Below, piece after piece: positions 18,566 to 30,532 of a stretch of 64,000 nucleotides of DNA. The first letter of the stretch is position 1, and every line of letters starts with the position of its first letter. The notes under the pieces were generated by a model, which was given only the letters and a program-made list of their open reading frames with translations, did no database searches and was not told the origin of the DNA. This DNA comes from Candidatus Sumerlaeia bacterium (GTDB lineage Bacteria; Sumerlaeota; Sumerlaeia; SLMS01; JAHLLQ01): NCBI GenBank assembly GCA_019634695.1, contig JAHCAW010000017.1, forward strand, positions 7,322 to 71,321, in the 5' to 3' direction. The translations under genes and the position numbers were made by a program.

Positions 18566-21500
18566 ATGACCGAGCAGTCCCAACGGCCGATTCTGTGGTC
18601 CACCCTCGAGGAATACGAGGGCGATGCCGACGCGCTCGCCCGGCAGGGCGGGGGCGAGTGGAACAGCAAGCCCACGGGCTTTGCCGAAGCGCTCGAGAAC
18701 CTCGGGCTGCCCGAGGTGCAGTTGCGCCGCCGTACGTTCCTCAAGATGAGCGGCTTTGCGGCCGTGCTGGCCATGGCGGCCGGCTGCCAGAAGCCCGCCG
18801 AGAAGATTCTGCCCTACGTCACCGCCCCCGAGGACATGGTGCCCGGGGTGCCGAACTACTACGCCTCGACGTGCGGCGGTTGTGCCGCCGGCTGCGGGCT
18901 GCTGGTGAAGACCTACGAGGGGCGCCCGATCAAGCTGGAGGGCAACCCGTCGAGCCCGGTCAACCGCGGCACGTTGTGCGCCCGCGGGCAGGCCTCGCTG
19001 ATAGACCTCTACGACCCCGACCGGCTGCGCCGGCCGCTGGTCGTTGCCTCGGGCGGCACGTCGCCGTGGGAGGCGTTGGACGAGCAGATTGCGCGGGCGT
19101 TGCGTGGTGCGGGCTCGCGCGCCGTACTGCTGACGGGCACGATCCATGGCCCGGCGCGGACCGCCGTGGTGGCCGAGTTGCAGCGCGCTTTCCCGGGCCT
19201 GCGGCACGTCGTATATGACGCGCTGGCCGACGAGGCCGCCGTGCAGGCGCGCGAGATGCTCTTCGGTCAGGCGTCGCTGCCGCGCGTGGACTTTGCCGCC
19301 TCGGAAGTCACCGTCCTGTTCGGCGCCGATCCGATGGCCGACAGCGCCTCGCCGGTCGAGGCGATGGCCGGCATCGGTGCCTCGCGCAAGGTGCGCGAGA
19401 AGGACGGCCGCAAGGCGATGGGGCGACTGTACGCCTTCGAGCCGTTGGCGACGCTGAGCGGCATGAACGCGGACTATCGCTTCGCGGTGCGACCGAGCGA
19501 TCTGGCGTCGGTGGCGATCGCGGTGGCGTCGGAGTTGCAGAAGGCCGGTCACTCGGTGGTGCCGGGCGTGCCGGCGCTGGGCGTGGACACGGCGGCGGTC
19601 GAGCGGCGCGCCGGACTGGCGGCCGGCACGGTGGCCAAGGTTGCGGCGGATCTTTGGGCGCATCGCGATGGCCGGGCAGTGGTCGTGGCCGGCGGCGCGC
19701 TGGGCCGCACCAAGCAGGCGCTGGACCTGCACCTTGCGGCGAACCTGATCAATGCGATGATCGGCGCCGAGGGCACGATCGTGGACTCGAGCCGCCCCAG
19801 CCACCAGGCTCAGGGGTCGGCGGCCGCGATGCTGGCGCTCGTCGAGGAGATGAAGACGGGTGGCGTCGAGGTGCTGCTGATCGAGGGCACGAATCCGGCG
19901 TATTCGCTGCCGGCGAGCGCGGGCTTTGCTGCGGCGCTCGGACGCGTGCGGACGAAGGTCTCCTTCTCGACGCATCGCGACGAGACGGCCGCGCTGTGCG
20001 ACCTGGTGCTGCCGGGCGTGCACTTCCTCGAGAACTGGGGCGACGCGGAGCCGCACGCCGGGCATCTGAGCCTGCGGCAGCCGACGATGGGCCGGCTGTG
20101 GGACAACCGGGCATTCGAAGAGTCGCTGATGCGCCTTGCAGCAGCCGGGGGCTCGAAGGCTTTCGAGGTCGTCGTGCCGGCGGCCGGCGAGGGTGCCGAG
20201 CCGACCACGCGCCCGATGACGTGGCACGAGTTCCTGATGAAGACGTGGGAAGAGAAGGTCTTCGCGGCGGGCGGCTTTGCGGCGCCGCGCTTCGAGGACT
20301 TCTGGTTCGAGGCCTTGCGGCGCGGCACGGTGGAGTTGCCGGCGCGGCAGGCCAAGGGAACGACGGTGCGCGACGCGGGTGCGGTGGCGCGGCGGCTGGC
20401 CAGCGTGCGCGCGGGCAATCCCGAGACGCTCGAACTGGCGACGTTCGCGATGCCGAACGTGGGCGACGGACGCCAGGCGAACAACCCGTGGCTGCTCGAG
20501 CTGCCCGACCCCGTCTCGCGCATCTGCTGGGACAACTTCGTGGCGCTGGCGCCGGCGACGGCGCGCGCGCAGAACTTGCGTGACGGCGACATCGTCGAGG
20601 TGACGGTGCATGGCCAGTCGGTGCTGGCGCCGGCGCGGATTCATCCGGGCATGCATGCGGGCGTGGCAGCGGTCGGCACCGGCTGGGGCCGGACGGCGGC
20701 GGGCGCGGTCGGCAACGGCGAGGGCTTCAACGCCTTCGCGCTGGGCCGCGCGCACGGCGGCGAGCTGCTGCTGTCGGGCGAACCGGCAAGCATCCGCAAG
20801 ACCGGGCGCCGCATCGTGCTGGCCGACGTGCAGGGCCACAACTACATGAAGCGCGACCCGCGCAACGAGCACGAGTACAACCGGCCGCTCGTCCAGGCCA
20901 CGAGCCTCGAGTTGCTCAACAAGCACGAGGACGCGCCGCAGGCCGTGCATCACATTCCCTACTGGAAGAAGGGCCAGCCCAAGCCCGACGCGTGGGGCAC
21001 GAAGGATTTCGACGGCAACGTGCAGCACAAGTGGGCGATGGCGATCGACCTGAACGCGTGCAACGGCTGCGGCGCGTGCATGGTGGCTTGTCAGGCGGAG
21101 AACAACATCCCGGTGGTCGGCAAGCGCGAGGTGCTGGTCGGCCGCGAGATGCACTGGATTCGTATCGACCGCTACTACAAGGGCGACCTGGACAACCCCG
21201 AGATCGTCAAGCAGCCGATGCTGTGCCAGCACTGCGACAACGCGCCGTGCGAGACGGTCTGCCCGGTGCTGGCGACGGTGCACAGCGCCGACGGCATCAA
21301 CCAGCAAGTCTACAACCGCTGCGTGGGCACGCGCTACTGCGCGAACAACTGCCCGTACAAGGTGCGCCGGTTCAACTTCTACGAATACTCGAAGTTCCGC
21401 AAGGGCCCGCACGACGAGCTCGAGAAGGGTGCCGAGGACAAGGTCGCGGAAACGCCCTTGGCGCTGGCGCTCAACCCCGAGATCACGGTGCGCACCAAGG

Positions 21501-21895
21501 GCATCATGGAGAAGTGCACCTTCTGCCAGCAGCGCATCCGGCTGGCGAAGGACGACGCGAAGAAGCAGGGCCGGTCGATTCCGGACGGCGGCTTCAAGAC
21601 CGCCTGCCAGCAGACCTGTCCGCCGCAGGCGATCGTCTTCGGCGACGTGTTCGACGAGAACCACGAGATCGCGCGCGTGCACGACGAGAACGCCGGCCGT
21701 CGCGGTTACGGAGTCCTGGAAGAATTCAACGTCCGCCCCAACGTGATGTATCTGGCCCACGTCTGGAACCGCGAGACGAGGAAGTGGGACGTGGACTACC
21801 ACACCGAAAAGGCGCACGGAAAGCACGACGACCACGGCGCCGATGACAAGCATCACTCGCACTCGGGCGAGCCCGCAGGGAGGGCCGAGTCTTGA
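18566..21895 (+). CDS. actB: alternative complex III subunit ActB (fused molybdopterin-oxidoreductase-like B1 + 4x[4Fe-4S] ferredoxin-like B2), Tat-exported
   Basis: Twin-arginine signal [21 protein letters not shown]. The C-terminal half carries four Cys clusters ([45 protein letters not shown]...CQQTCP). Length is 1110 aa. Confidence 0.85.
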   Translation: MTEQSQRPILWSTLEEYEGDADALARQGGGEWNSKPTGFAEALENLGLPEVQLRRRTFLKMSGFAAVLAMAAGCQKPAEKILPYVTAPEDMVPGVPNYYASTCGGCAAGCGLLVKTYEGRPIKLEGNPSSPVNRGTLCARGQASLIDLYDPDRLRRPLVVASGGTSPWEALDEQIARALRGAGSRAVLLTGTIHGPARTAVVAELQRAFPGLRHVVYDALADEAAVQAREMLFGQASLPRVDFAASEVTVLFGADPMADSASPVEAMAGIGASRKVREKDGRKAMGRLYAFEPLATLSGMNADYRFAVRPSDLASVAIAVASELQKAGHSVVPGVPALGVDTAAVERRAGLAAGTVAKVAADLWAHRDGRAVVVAGGALGRTKQALDLHLAANLINAMIGAEGTIVDSSRPSHQAQGSAAAMLALVEEMKTGGVEVLLIEGTNPAYSLPASAGFAAALGRVRTKVSFSTHRDETAALCDLVLPGVHFLENWGDAEPHAGHLSLRQPTMGRLWDNRAFEESLMRLAAAGGSKAFEVVVPAAGEGAEPTTRPMTWHEFLMKTWEEKVFAAGGFAAPRFEDFWFEALRRGTVELPARQAKGTTVRDAGAVARRLASVRAGNPETLELATFAMPNVGDGRQANNPWLLELPDPVSRICWDNFVALAPATARAQNLRDGDIVEVTVHGQSVLAPARIHPGMHAGVAAVGTGWGRTAAGAVGNGEGFNAFALGRAHGGELLLSGEPASIRKTGRRIVLADVQGHNYMKRDPRNEHEYNRPLVQATSLELLNKHEDAPQAVHHIPYWKKGQPKPDAWGTKDFDGNVQHKWAMAIDLNACNGCGACMVACQAENNIPVVGKREVLVGREMHWIRIDRYYKGDLDNPEIVKQPMLCQHCDNAPCETVCPVLATVHSADGINQQVYNRCVGTRYCANNCPYKVRRFNFYEYSKFRKGPHDELEKGAEDKVAETPLALALNPEITVRTKGIMEKCTFCQQRIRLAKDDAKKQGRSIPDGGFKTACQQTCPPQAIVFGDVFDENHEIARVHDENAGRRGYGVLEEFNVRPNVMYLAHVWNRETRKWDVDYHTEKAHGKHDDHGADDKHHSHSGEPAGRAES

Positions 21896-23466
21896 GCGCG
21901 ACGACCCATCACCTGCACGGCGCCCCTCTCGACCCGGGCACGCACGACCACGGGCACCACGCCGACGACGGCCATGGCCATGGCGGCATGACGCCCGACG
22001 GCTCGGCACCGCTCGTCGATCCCAAGTACTCGATGCGCGACATCACGGACGACGTGCTGGCGCCGATGTTCAAGTTCCCCCCGCTGGCCTGGCACATGGC
22101 CTTCGGCGCCGCGCAGCTCGCCTTCGCGATCGGCGCCGTCTGCGTCGCCGTCCAGATGATCCGCGGCCTCGGCATCCTGGGCATCAACAACCCGATCGGC
22201 TGGGGTGTCTACATCACGGACTTTGTCTTCTGGGTCGGCATCGGCCACGCCGGCACGCTGATCTCGGCGATCCTGTTCCTGTTCCGCCAGAAGTGGCGCA
22301 CGGCGATCAACCGCTCGGCCGAGGCGATGACGATCTTCGCCGTCATGTGCGCCGGTCTCTTCCCGCTGCTGCACGTCGGCCGCACGTGGAAGGCCTACTG
22401 GCTGTTCCCCTATCCGAACGACCGGCTGCTCTGGGTGAACTTCCGCTCGCCGCTGCTGTGGGACGTGTTCGCCGTCTCGACCTACGCGACGGTGTCGATG
22501 ATCTTCTGGTACACCGGCCTGATTCCGGACATGGCGACGGCGCGCGACCGGGCGAAGAACAAGATTCAGAAGGCGATCTACGGAATGCTGGCGATGAACT
22601 GGACGGGCTCGGTGCGCGACTGGGCGCACTACGAGCGTGTCTACGCGCGCTTTGCGTGGCTGGCGACGCCGCTGGTGCTCTCGGTGCACTCGGTCGTGTC
22701 GTTCGACTTCGCGGTCTCCATGATCCCGGGCTGGCACACGACGATCTTCCCGCCGTACTTCGTTGCCGGCGCCATCTTCTCCGGCTTCGGCATGGTGATC
22801 ACGCTGCTGGTGCCGATGCGGAAGTTCCTGCGGCTCGAGCACATCATCACGGTCAACCATCTCGAGCTCTGCAACAAGGTGATTCTGGCCACGTCGCTGA
22901 TCGTGGGCTATGCCTACGTCTCGGAGTTCTTCGTGGCCTGGTACTCGGAGGCGCCGTACGAGCGGGCGCAGTTCATGTACCGGCTGATCGGAATGCTGAA
23001 CACGCCCGACGGCGGAATCGCGCACATGTGGGCTTTCTGGACGATGATGATCTGCAACGTGATGATCCCGCAGCTCTTCTGGTCCAAGCGCATCCGTCGC
23101 AACCTGACGATCATGTTCATCATGTCGATCTTCGTGAACATCGGGATGTGGTTCGAGCGCTTCAACATCTTCGTGCTTTCGCTCGAGCACGACTTTCTGC
23201 CGGCAAGCTGGGGTTACTACGTTCCGACGATGTTCGACTGGGGCGTGACGCTGGGCTCGTTCGGCCTGTTCTTCACGCTCTTCCTGGGTTTCTCGCGGGT
23301 GCTGCCGACGATCGCGATCGCGGAGGTGAAGTCGGTGCTGCACCGGCCGAACGCCGGCGGCGTCGAGCGCCCGTTCGAAGTCGTCGTCTGGCCGGACGGC
23401 GAGCCGGCCCCGCAGGCCGAGACCGTTGCCGCCAAGGAGGATGCCACCGATGGCAAGACTCCCTAA
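21892..23466 (+). CDS. actC: alternative complex III subunit ActC (NrfD/PsrC-like polytopic membrane quinol-interacting subunit)
   Basis: TTG start overlaps the actB stop (TTGA), with GGGAGGG SD 8 nt upstream. The 524-aa product is very hydrophobic, with NrfD-like segments ([21 protein letters not shown]). Confidence 0.8.
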   Translation: MSATTHHLHGAPLDPGTHDHGHHADDGHGHGGMTPDGSAPLVDPKYSMRDITDDVLAPMFKFPPLAWHMAFGAAQLAFAIGAVCVAVQMIRGLGILGINNPIGWGVYITDFVFWVGIGHAGTLISAILFLFRQKWRTAINRSAEAMTIFAVMCAGLFPLLHVGRTWKAYWLFPYPNDRLLWVNFRSPLLWDVFAVSTYATVSMIFWYTGLIPDMATARDRAKNKIQKAIYGMLAMNWTGSVRDWAHYERVYARFAWLATPLVLSVHSVVSFDFAVSMIPGWHTTIFPPYFVAGAIFSGFGMVITLLVPMRKFLRLEHIITVNHLELCNKVILATSLIVGYAYVSEFFVAWYSEAPYERAQFMYRLIGMLNTPDGGIAHMWAFWTMMICNVMIPQLFWSKRIRRNLTIMFIMSIFVNIGMWFERFNIFVLSLEHDFLPASWGYYVPTMFDWGVTLGSFGLFFTLFLGFSRVLPTIAIAEVKSVLHRPNAGGVERPFEVVVWPDGEPAPQAETVAAKEDATDGKTP

Positions 23467-23971
23467 ATCCTGCCTGATCGGCTTCTTCAACGATCCGGAC
23501 CAGTTGATGGACGCCGCGCACGAGGCGACCGACCAGGGCTTCCGCAACTGCGACGCCTACACGCCGTATCCGCTGCATGGGATCGAGGAGGCGCTGCGGG
23601 TGAAGCGCTCGTGGATTCCAACGGTGTCGTTGGCCGCATGGCTGATCGGCGGCTGTTTGGGCTTCCTGTTCCAGTACTGGGTGCATGTGCTGGACTGGCC
23701 CTTGAACGTCGGCGGCCGGCCGCTCAACGCCTGGCCCGCCTACGTGGTCATCATCTTCGAGTGCGCGGTGCTGTTCTCGGCGCTCACGAATTTCCTGTGT
23801 CTGTTCGTGGCGTGCCGGCTGTACCCGCATCCCTTTCCGAACGTGCTGGACGAGAGCCTGACCAACGACCGGTTCGCGCTGGTGATCCCGGCGCGGAGCA
23901 CGGAGGACGAGGCGGCGGCGACGCGACTTCTCAAGCAGATGGGGGCCGATGAAATCCGCAAGGTTGGATAA
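23450..23971 (+). CDS. actD: alternative complex III subunit ActD (DUF3341-like)
   Basis: [26 protein letters not shown]... has a soluble N-domain plus 2 TM segments, typical of ActD. GGAGG is 9 nt upstream of the ATG at 23450. It overlaps the actC 3' end. Confidence 0.7.
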   Translation: MARLPKSCLIGFFNDPDQLMDAAHEATDQGFRNCDAYTPYPLHGIEEALRVKRSWIPTVSLAAWLIGGCLGFLFQYWVHVLDWPLNVGGRPLNAWPAYVVIIFECAVLFSALTNFLCLFVACRLYPHPFPNVLDESLTNDRFALVIPARSTEDEAAATRLLKQMGADEIRKVG

Positions 23972-24605
23972 GGTGCGCGCGGCCTCGGGTGCGCGGTTGC
24001 TGGTCGCCTGTCTGGCGGCGTGGGCGGTTGCCGCCTGCGACGGCCGGCGCGACACGCGCGAGTTCCTCAACATGCCCGACATGCACTTCTCGCCGGCGGT
24101 CAAGGCTCAGGAGCCCAATCCGTTCTCGGCGACGGGCGAGATGTTCCGTCCCGTGCCCGGCACGGTGCCGGTGCATTGGCAGCCCTACACGATCACCGAC
24201 GCGCAGGCGGACGAGTTGGCCTCGGCGCTGGAGAACCCGCTGCCCGCTACGGCCGACGTGCTGACCATCGGGCGCAAGTACTACGGCATCTTCTGCATCT
24301 CGTGCCACGGCGCGACCGGCAACGGGCTCGGCAGCGTCGTTCTGGCGAACGCCGGCATGCCGATGCCGCCGTCGTTGACGTCGGAGAAACTGCGCGACGA
24401 GTGGACCGACGGGCGCATCTTCCATGTGATCACGCGCGGCCAGGGCCAGATGCCGGGCTACAGCCGCATCGATGCCGAGAATCGTTGGGCGATCGTGCAC
24501 TACCTGCGTGCCCTGCAGCGCGCGGCCAACCCCAGCGAGGATGAACTCGAGATGGTCGGCAGCTTCACTGCCGAGCGCTCGGCGCTCATCCGGCCCAGCA
24601 ACTGA
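23949..24605 (+). CDS. actE: alternative complex III subunit ActE, monoheme cytochrome c lipoprotein
   Basis: Single CISCHGATGNG heme site. Lipoprotein-type signal LLVACLAAWAVAAC. It overlaps the actD 3' end. Confidence 0.75.
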   Translation: MKSARLDKVRAASGARLLVACLAAWAVAACDGRRDTREFLNMPDMHFSPAVKAQEPNPFSATGEMFRPVPGTVPVHWQPYTITDAQADELASALENPLPATADVLTIGRKYYGIFCISCHGATGNGLGSVVLANAGMPMPPSLTSEKLRDEWTDGRIFHVITRGQGQMPGYSRIDAENRWAIVHYLRALQRAANPSEDELEMVGSFTAERSALIRPSN

Positions 24606-24669
24606 AAGGAGAGGGTCCACCCGACCGGAGCACTCGCAGCCCGGTTGGCCGACCAACGGACGGAACCCA

Positions 24670-25896
24670 ATGGCCCACGGACACGCGCCCATCGCGATGG
24701 TGCAGGACCCCGGCGGGGTGTCGCTGCCGGCGGCGCTCAAGCCTGTCCTGTACGCCCTTGTCGGCGTCGGCGCCCTGCTCTGGTTCGGCGGCTTCGCCCT
24801 CGACGGCACGCTGCGCGCCTGGCAGGCGATGCTGCTTGCCTACACCTTCTTCACGATGCTGGCGCTCGGCGGCATGGTGTTCACGGCGATCCAGTACTGC
24901 GCCAACGCGCGGTGGTCGATCGCGGTGCGTCGCCTTGCCGAGGGCATGGCTGCCACGCTGCCGGTGGCGTTCGCCTTCTTCCTGCTGATCGTGCTGGCCG
25001 GATGGGGCCACCTGTACGACCTGCACAGCCCGTGGCGCGAGGCCATCGGCAAGGGCGACGTGCACATCTACGACTCGCTGAAGGCGGCCTTCCTGTCGCG
25101 CTGGGCCATGCTGGCCAAGGGCGTCATCTTCTACGCGGTCTGGTGGGCGATTATCCAGCGCATCCGCGGGACATCGCTCGAGCAGGATCGCACGAAGGAC
25201 CCGGCCGGCCACGCGCGCAACGTGCGCGTCTCCATCGCCTTCATGCTCGTCTTCGCCTACACGTTCTCGCTGCACTGCCTCGACATGCTCAAGTCGCTCG
25301 AGCCCAAGTGGTTCTCCACGATGTTCGGCGTCTACTGCTTCAGCGGCCTGTTCCTCTCGACGCTGTGCACGCTGACGCTGATCACGCTCGCCATGCGCCG
25401 CAACCCGGTTGTGGCCCAGGCCATCCAGCCCCGGCACATGTACGACCTGGGCACCTGGATCATGGCCTTCTCCTGCTTCATGTGCTACATCGGCTTCTCG
25501 CAGTACATGCTGATCTGGTACGCGAACATTCCGGAGGAGACATTCTACATCATCGCGCGGTCGGAAGGGGGCTGGGAGTACATCTTCGCCGCCCTGCCGT
25601 TCCTGAAGTGGGTGGTGCCGTTCGCGGTACTGATGCCGCAGGGCTTCCGGGCCAACCCGCGCGTGCTGGTGCTGGTGTGCCTGATCGTGCTGGCCGGCCA
25701 GTGGCTGGACCTGTACTGGATCGTCTACCCGGTCTTCTCGGCCTCGCCGGTCGTTCCGGGGATCGCCGAGTTGGGCGCTTTCCTTGCTTTGCTCGGGGCG
25801 TTCGGGGTAGTGCTCGACCGGGTCTACGCGAGCCACTCCGTCCTTCCCATCGGCGACCCGTACCTGAAAATGAGCGTCAGCGGGAGCTATCTGTAA
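24670..25896 (+). CDS. actF: alternative complex III subunit ActF (second NrfD-like membrane subunit)
   Basis: ATG at 24670 (MAHGHAPIAMVQ...). The 408-aa product is polytopic and paralogous in character to ActC. Its stop overlaps the next start (TAATG). Confidence 0.8.
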   Translation: MAHGHAPIAMVQDPGGVSLPAALKPVLYALVGVGALLWFGGFALDGTLRAWQAMLLAYTFFTMLALGGMVFTAIQYCANARWSIAVRRLAEGMAATLPVAFAFFLLIVLAGWGHLYDLHSPWREAIGKGDVHIYDSLKAAFLSRWAMLAKGVIFYAVWWAIIQRIRGTSLEQDRTKDPAGHARNVRVSIAFMLVFAYTFSLHCLDMLKSLEPKWFSTMFGVYCFSGLFLSTLCTLTLITLAMRRNPVVAQAIQPRHMYDLGTWIMAFSCFMCYIGFSQYMLIWYANIPEETFYIIARSEGGWEYIFAALPFLKWVVPFAVLMPQGFRANPRVLVLVCLIVLAGQWLDLYWIVYPVFSASPVVPGIAELGAFLALLGAFGVVLDRVYASHSVLPIGDPYLKMSVSGSYL

Positions 25897-26873
25897 TGTC
25901 GGCGCACCCCTACGAAGGCCCGAAGGACAAGACGAACCCGTACATCTACCTGCCGGTGGCGCTGGTGTCGGTCGTCATCGTCGTGGCCGTTTTCGCCTCA
26001 GGGCTGATGCGCGGGCTGCACGATGGGCAGTTGGCCGACAAGAAGGCGCCGCGCGTGGAGAAGAAGCGGCCGGCCGTCAACGTGCGCGCGCTGGCCGAGC
26101 CGACGCCGGAGTTGCTCGCGCTTGGGCGCCAGATTTACGGTCTCAATTGCGCCTCGTGCCACGGCCCCGACGGCCGCGGCGACGGCGAGAAGGGCACCAG
26201 CCTGAACCCCAAGCCGCGCAACCTGCACGACGCCTCCGACCTGTGGAAGAACTCGGCGTCGCTCACGGGCATGTGGAAGACGCTCGAGCAGGGCGTGGCG
26301 GGCAGCTCGATGAGCTCGTTCCTGCTGACGCCGCCCGACGAGCGCATGGCCGTGATCCACTACATTCGCCAGAACTTCGTGCCGGACGCGCCGGAGACCA
26401 CCGCCGCGGAAGTCGCGTCGCTGCCCGGGCCGGGCGCGGGCGACTCGGGCGGCATCGAGAGCCTGATCGCCGCGGCCGAGGCCGGGGGCCCGACCATCCC
26501 GGTCGAGCTGGCCATGGCCCGCCTGCGCGAGCCCGCCATCATGCCGGTCCACAATGTTCGCCTGCCGCGCGCCCTTCAGCAGTTGCATGGCGCGGCGCTG
26601 TATGCCACGCACTGCGCAAGCTGCCACGGCCCCAGCGGCGAAGGGGCCGAGGGTGGCCGTGTGGTCTCCTCGTTCCCGTACGTGCGGCTGGCCACGCGGC
26701 CCCTGCTGGGCTCGACGGCCGCCTGGACGAACGATCGCGATGCGTTCGCCGCGCTGGTTGCCACCTCCGGCCCCGGACGCCGCGAGCACGGATTCGCCAC
26801 GCTGACCCGCGAGCAGCTCGACCACCTGCACGAGTACGCTGCCGCCCTGGCGCGGGAAGGAGCCAGCCACTGA
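25896..26873 (+). CDS. membrane-anchored diheme cytochrome c (class I, two c-type domains)
   Basis: Two CASCHGP(D/S)G heme motifs, each followed by a Met-containing region. An N-terminal TM is present (YIYLPVALVSVVIVVAVFASGL). It is translationally coupled on both sides (TAATG upstream, TGATG downstream). Confidence 0.75.
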   Translation: MSAHPYEGPKDKTNPYIYLPVALVSVVIVVAVFASGLMRGLHDGQLADKKAPRVEKKRPAVNVRALAEPTPELLALGRQIYGLNCASCHGPDGRGDGEKGTSLNPKPRNLHDASDLWKNSASLTGMWKTLEQGVAGSSMSSFLLTPPDERMAVIHYIRQNFVPDAPETTAAEVASLPGPGAGDSGGIESLIAAAEAGGPTIPVELAMARLREPAIMPVHNVRLPRALQQLHGAALYATHCASCHGPSGEGAEGGRVVSSFPYVRLATRPLLGSTAAWTNDRDAFAALVATSGPGRREHGFATLTREQLDHLHEYAAALAREGASH

Positions 26874-27628
26874 TGATTTCCTCGCGCTTCGCCCGTCCTG
26901 TCCTCGTGGCCGCCGCGACCCTGTTGGCCGTCGCCACTTTCGGTCAGGACTTCGCCAACATCCCGGCCTCCGAGCCGTCGATCACCGACTGGATGTTCGA
27001 TCCGGTCACGCCGATCGCCCATGGCGTTCGCAACAACGCCCTGTTCATTCTGGCGATCACGGTGCCGTACCTGATCCTGCCACAGGTGCTGCTGTTCTAC
27101 TGCATCTGGAAGTTCCGCAAGCGCCCCGGCGCAAAGCCGGCCACCTTCCACGACAACGTCCAGCTCGAAGTCCTGTGGACCATCGTGCCGGCGCTGTCGC
27201 TGGTCGTACTGGCGATTCCGTCCTACAAGCTGATCAAGTTCATCGAGACGATGCCGGAGCCGGACGTGCGTATCGAAGTGACCGGGCGGCAATTTTACTG
27301 GGAGTACCGCTACCCGGACCACGGAAACATCCGCATCTCGGACGAGCCGCTGGTCGTGCCCGTTCGCAAGAACATCGTGGCCGATATGACAAGCGCGGAC
27401 GTGACGCACGCGTGGTGGGTGCCGGCGTTCGGCATCAAGATGGACACGGTGCCGGGGCGCTACACGCAGGTGTGGTTCAACGTCGAGCGCGAGGGTTGGT
27501 TCAAGGGGCAATGCGCGGAGCTGTGCGGCGCGCTGCACTCCAAGATGCTGATCGACGTGCACGTGGTCTCGCAGGAGGAGTTCGACGCCTGGATCGAGAT
27601 GAAGAAGCGCGAGTTCGCCGGCGAATAG
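26873..27628 (+). CDS. coxB: cytochrome c oxidase subunit II (CuA)
   Basis: CuA motif [13 protein letters not shown]...[12 protein letters not shown]. Two N-terminal TM helices. GGAAGGAG SD is upstream. Confidence 0.85.
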   Translation: MISSRFARPVLVAAATLLAVATFGQDFANIPASEPSITDWMFDPVTPIAHGVRNNALFILAITVPYLILPQVLLFYCIWKFRKRPGAKPATFHDNVQLEVLWTIVPALSLVVLAIPSYKLIKFIETMPEPDVRIEVTGRQFYWEYRYPDHGNIRISDEPLVVPVRKNIVADMTSADVTHAWWVPAFGIKMDTVPGRYTQVWFNVEREGWFKGQCAELCGALHSKMLIDVHVVSQEEFDAWIEMKKREFAGE

Positions 27629-27683
27629 GACGGCCGTCCCGGCGCGCGCGATCGCGGGCCGCGACCAAAGGAGCCCAACGCTC

Positions 27684-29327
27684 ATGAGTATCCTGCTGGA
27701 CAAGCCGAAGGAACCGGAAGGCGGCAAGTCGCTGCCGCGGTTTCCCGAGCAGCCCATCAAGCCCTATCGGCGCCCCAACCCGATCTACAACGTGCTGGGC
27801 TCGACCGACCACAAGGTGCTCGGCCTCCTGTATCTTGCGCTGTCGCTCTTCATGGGCATCGTGGGCGGCGCGCTGGCCGGCGGCATTCGCGCCCAGCTTG
27901 CCAGCCACAACCTCGAGGTCCTTTCTCCCGAACTGTACAACCAGTTCCTGACCATGCACGGGTCGATCATGATCTTCTTCGTGATCATCCCGGCGCTGGC
28001 CGGCTTCGGCAACTATCTGGTGCCGCTGATGATCGGCGCGCGCGACATGGCCTTCCCGCGCATGAACGCCTTCAGCTTCTGGATCCTGATCCCGTCGGCC
28101 GTTCTGATGTTCGCCAGCTTCGGCGTGCAGGGCGGCGCGGCCAGCGCGGGCTGGACCGCCTACCCGCCGCTGTCGCTCAAGGAGTTCTCCGGCGGCCCGG
28201 GCGTCGACATGTGGATTCTCGGCGTGCACCTGGCCGGCGTCTCCTCGATCACCGGCGCCATCAACTTCATCGTCACCATCATGAACATGCGCGCGCCCGG
28301 CATGAACCTGATGAAGATGCCGCTGTTCTGCTGGACGTGGCTGGTCAACGCCTGGCTGATCCTGATCGGGACGCCGGTGCTCGCCGGCGCGGTGACGATG
28401 GTGCTGCTGGACCGCGGCTTCGGCACCAACTTCTTCAAGCCGGCCATGGGCGGCGACCCGGTGCTGTACCAGCACCTGTTCTGGTTCTACTCGCACCCGG
28501 CGGTCTACATCATGGTGCTGCCGGGCTTCGGGATGATCTCGCACGTTCTGGCAGCCTTCGCGCACAAGCGCATCTTCGGCTACACGGGCATGGTGTGGGC
28601 GGTTGGCGCGATCGGCGTTCTGGGCTTCATCGTCTGGGGTCACCACATGTTCACAGCCGGCATCTCGGCGGAGCTCCGCCTGTACTTCTCCTTCGCCACG
28701 ATGGTGATCGCCGTGCCGACGGGCGTGAAGATCTGGTCGTGGCTGGCAACGATCTGGGGCGGCACGCTCGAGTTCACGACACCCATGAAGTTCGCGCTCG
28801 GCTTCATCAGCCTCTTCGTCATCGGCGGCATCAGCGGCGTCTATCTCGCCAACGTGCCCTTCGACATGCAGGTGCACGACTCCTACTTCGTGGTCGCGCA
28901 CTTCCACTACGTGCTGGTGGGCGGCTCGATCATGTCGATCTTCGCGGGCACCTACTTCTGGTTCCCGAAGATGGCCGGCCGCAAATTGGACGAGCGGATG
29001 GGCAACGCGGTCTTCTGGCTGTTCCTGATCGGAATGAACGCCACGTTCCTGCCGATGCACCTGGTGGGCCTGCAGGGCATGGCCCGACGCATCTGGCAAT
29101 ACCGTCCCGAATACGCCGCGGTGAACAGCTTCATCTCGCTGGGCTACCTGCTGATGGTGGCGGCCGGTGCGCTGTTCGTCTACTCGGTGATCGAGGCGCT
29201 GCGCCGGCCGCGCGACTGCGACGAGGACCCGTGGAAGATCAACGACGTCCAGAAGTCGCTCGTGTGGACGACGCCAAGCCCGCCGCCGGCCTACAACTTC
29301 GCCAGGATTCCGACCATCGGATCATGA
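27684..29327 (+). CDS. coxA: cytochrome c oxidase subunit I (heme-copper oxidase catalytic subunit)
   Basis: 547-aa polytopic protein with canonical COX1 segments ([42 protein letters not shown]). Confidence 0.9.
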   Translation: MSILLDKPKEPEGGKSLPRFPEQPIKPYRRPNPIYNVLGSTDHKVLGLLYLALSLFMGIVGGALAGGIRAQLASHNLEVLSPELYNQFLTMHGSIMIFFVIIPALAGFGNYLVPLMIGARDMAFPRMNAFSFWILIPSAVLMFASFGVQGGAASAGWTAYPPLSLKEFSGGPGVDMWILGVHLAGVSSITGAINFIVTIMNMRAPGMNLMKMPLFCWTWLVNAWLILIGTPVLAGAVTMVLLDRGFGTNFFKPAMGGDPVLYQHLFWFYSHPAVYIMVLPGFGMISHVLAAFAHKRIFGYTGMVWAVGAIGVLGFIVWGHHMFTAGISAELRLYFSFATMVIAVPTGVKIWSWLATIWGGTLEFTTPMKFALGFISLFVIGGISGVYLANVPFDMQVHDSYFVVAHFHYVLVGGSIMSIFAGTYFWFPKMAGRKLDERMGNAVFWLFLIGMNATFLPMHLVGLQGMARRIWQYRPEYAAVNSFISLGYLLMVAAGALFVYSVIEALRRPRDCDEDPWKINDVQKSLVWTTPSPPPAYNFARIPTIGS

Positions 29328-30532
29328 CTCCTTCCGTAAACTCCGTTGCGAACGCGAAAAACGCCGAGGCCTCTCCCGACGGAGGGGCCTCGTGTGCCGA
29401 ACGCACCATGGATGAGATCCGCACCGCGGCCTGGCTCAAGTTCCTTCTCGTCTGGCTGTTCGCGCTCGTCGCCATCGGCGGTACGGTCCGTATCACGAAG
29501 TCCGGCCTCTCCATCCCCGAGTGGCCGATCATCTATCACGGGCCCGACAAGACGAAGCCCAGCCTGCTGCCCCCCTTCTCCGAGGCCGCCTGGGAGAACC
29601 TGCACCGCACCTACCATGTCGAGGTGATCGACCTCGGCGTGCACGGCGACCCGCGCGAGATGGCGACCTTCAAGCGCGAGTTCGCCCTCGAGTACACGCA
29701 CCGCTTCGTGGCCGGCGTCGTCGCGCTCGTCTTCATCGCCCTGATCGTGCAGACGATCCGCAAGCCCGTGCTGCGCCGCCGCATCGGATTGCTGATGGGT
29801 CTCTCCGCCGCCATCCTCTTCGCACAGATTGTCCTGGGTGGATTGGTTGTGAAGACCCACACGCCGACGCTCAGCGTCTCGTACCACCTTTGCATGGCAT
29901 TCATCTACGTGGCGTTGATCGCGTGGATGGCGATGCGGCTGGGCCGCGCGGAGGGCGCGCCGCGACCGGAGCGTCCGTCGCGTCAGGCCCGCGCGGCATG
30001 GATCGTCCTGGCGCTGTGCTTCGTCCAGATCTTCAGCGGGGGATTGGTCGCGAACACCGACGCCGGCAGGGTCTACAACACGTGGCCGCTGATGGCCGAG
30101 CGGCTGGTCCCGCCGGCGCAGGCCTTGTGGCAGGCTCACTACGAGCCGGCCATTCGCAACATCGCCGAGAACACGATCCTGATCCAGTGGACGCATCGTT
30201 GGTTCGCGTTCGTCGTGGTGGCGGGTGTGCTGTATCTGGCGGCGCGGCTGCTCTTCCTGCCGCTGTCGGCGTTCGGGCGCTGGATGGCGCGCGCATCGGT
30301 CTTTGTCCTCGTGGTGCAGATGATCCTTGGAGTGATCACGCTGCTCGAGGCCGTGGACCCGTGGTGGCTCGGCATCGTGCACCTGTGCGTCGGGTTGGTG
30401 TTGTTCCTGGTGTTGTTGGCGCTCGCGTTCGAGCTGCATTCGAACGCGGAGATTGTGGCGTATGAGGCGGGCCGCGTGCCCGCCGGCGCCCCGGAGAGTG
30501 CTCTTGAAGTCCAAACTGCGGGCCTATCTTAG
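29324..30532 (+). CDS. ctaA: heme A synthase (CtaA/COX15)
   Basis: ATG overlaps the coxA stop (ATGA). The [10 protein letters not shown] motif and two 4-TM halves with conserved His are typical of COX15/CtaA. Confidence 0.8.
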   Translation: MTPSVNSVANAKNAEASPDGGASCAERTMDEIRTAAWLKFLLVWLFALVAIGGTVRITKSGLSIPEWPIIYHGPDKTKPSLLPPFSEAAWENLHRTYHVEVIDLGVHGDPREMATFKREFALEYTHRFVAGVVALVFIALIVQTIRKPVLRRRIGLLMGLSAAILFAQIVLGGLVVKTHTPTLSVSYHLCMAFIYVALIAWMAMRLGRAEGAPRPERPSRQARAAWIVLALCFVQIFSGGLVANTDAGRVYNTWPLMAERLVPPAQALWQAHYEPAIRNIAENTILIQWTHRWFAFVVVAGVLYLAARLLFLPLSAFGRWMARASVFVLVVQMILGVITLLEAVDPWWLGIVHLCVGLVLFLVLLALAFELHSNAEIVAYEAGRVPAGAPESALEVQTAGLS

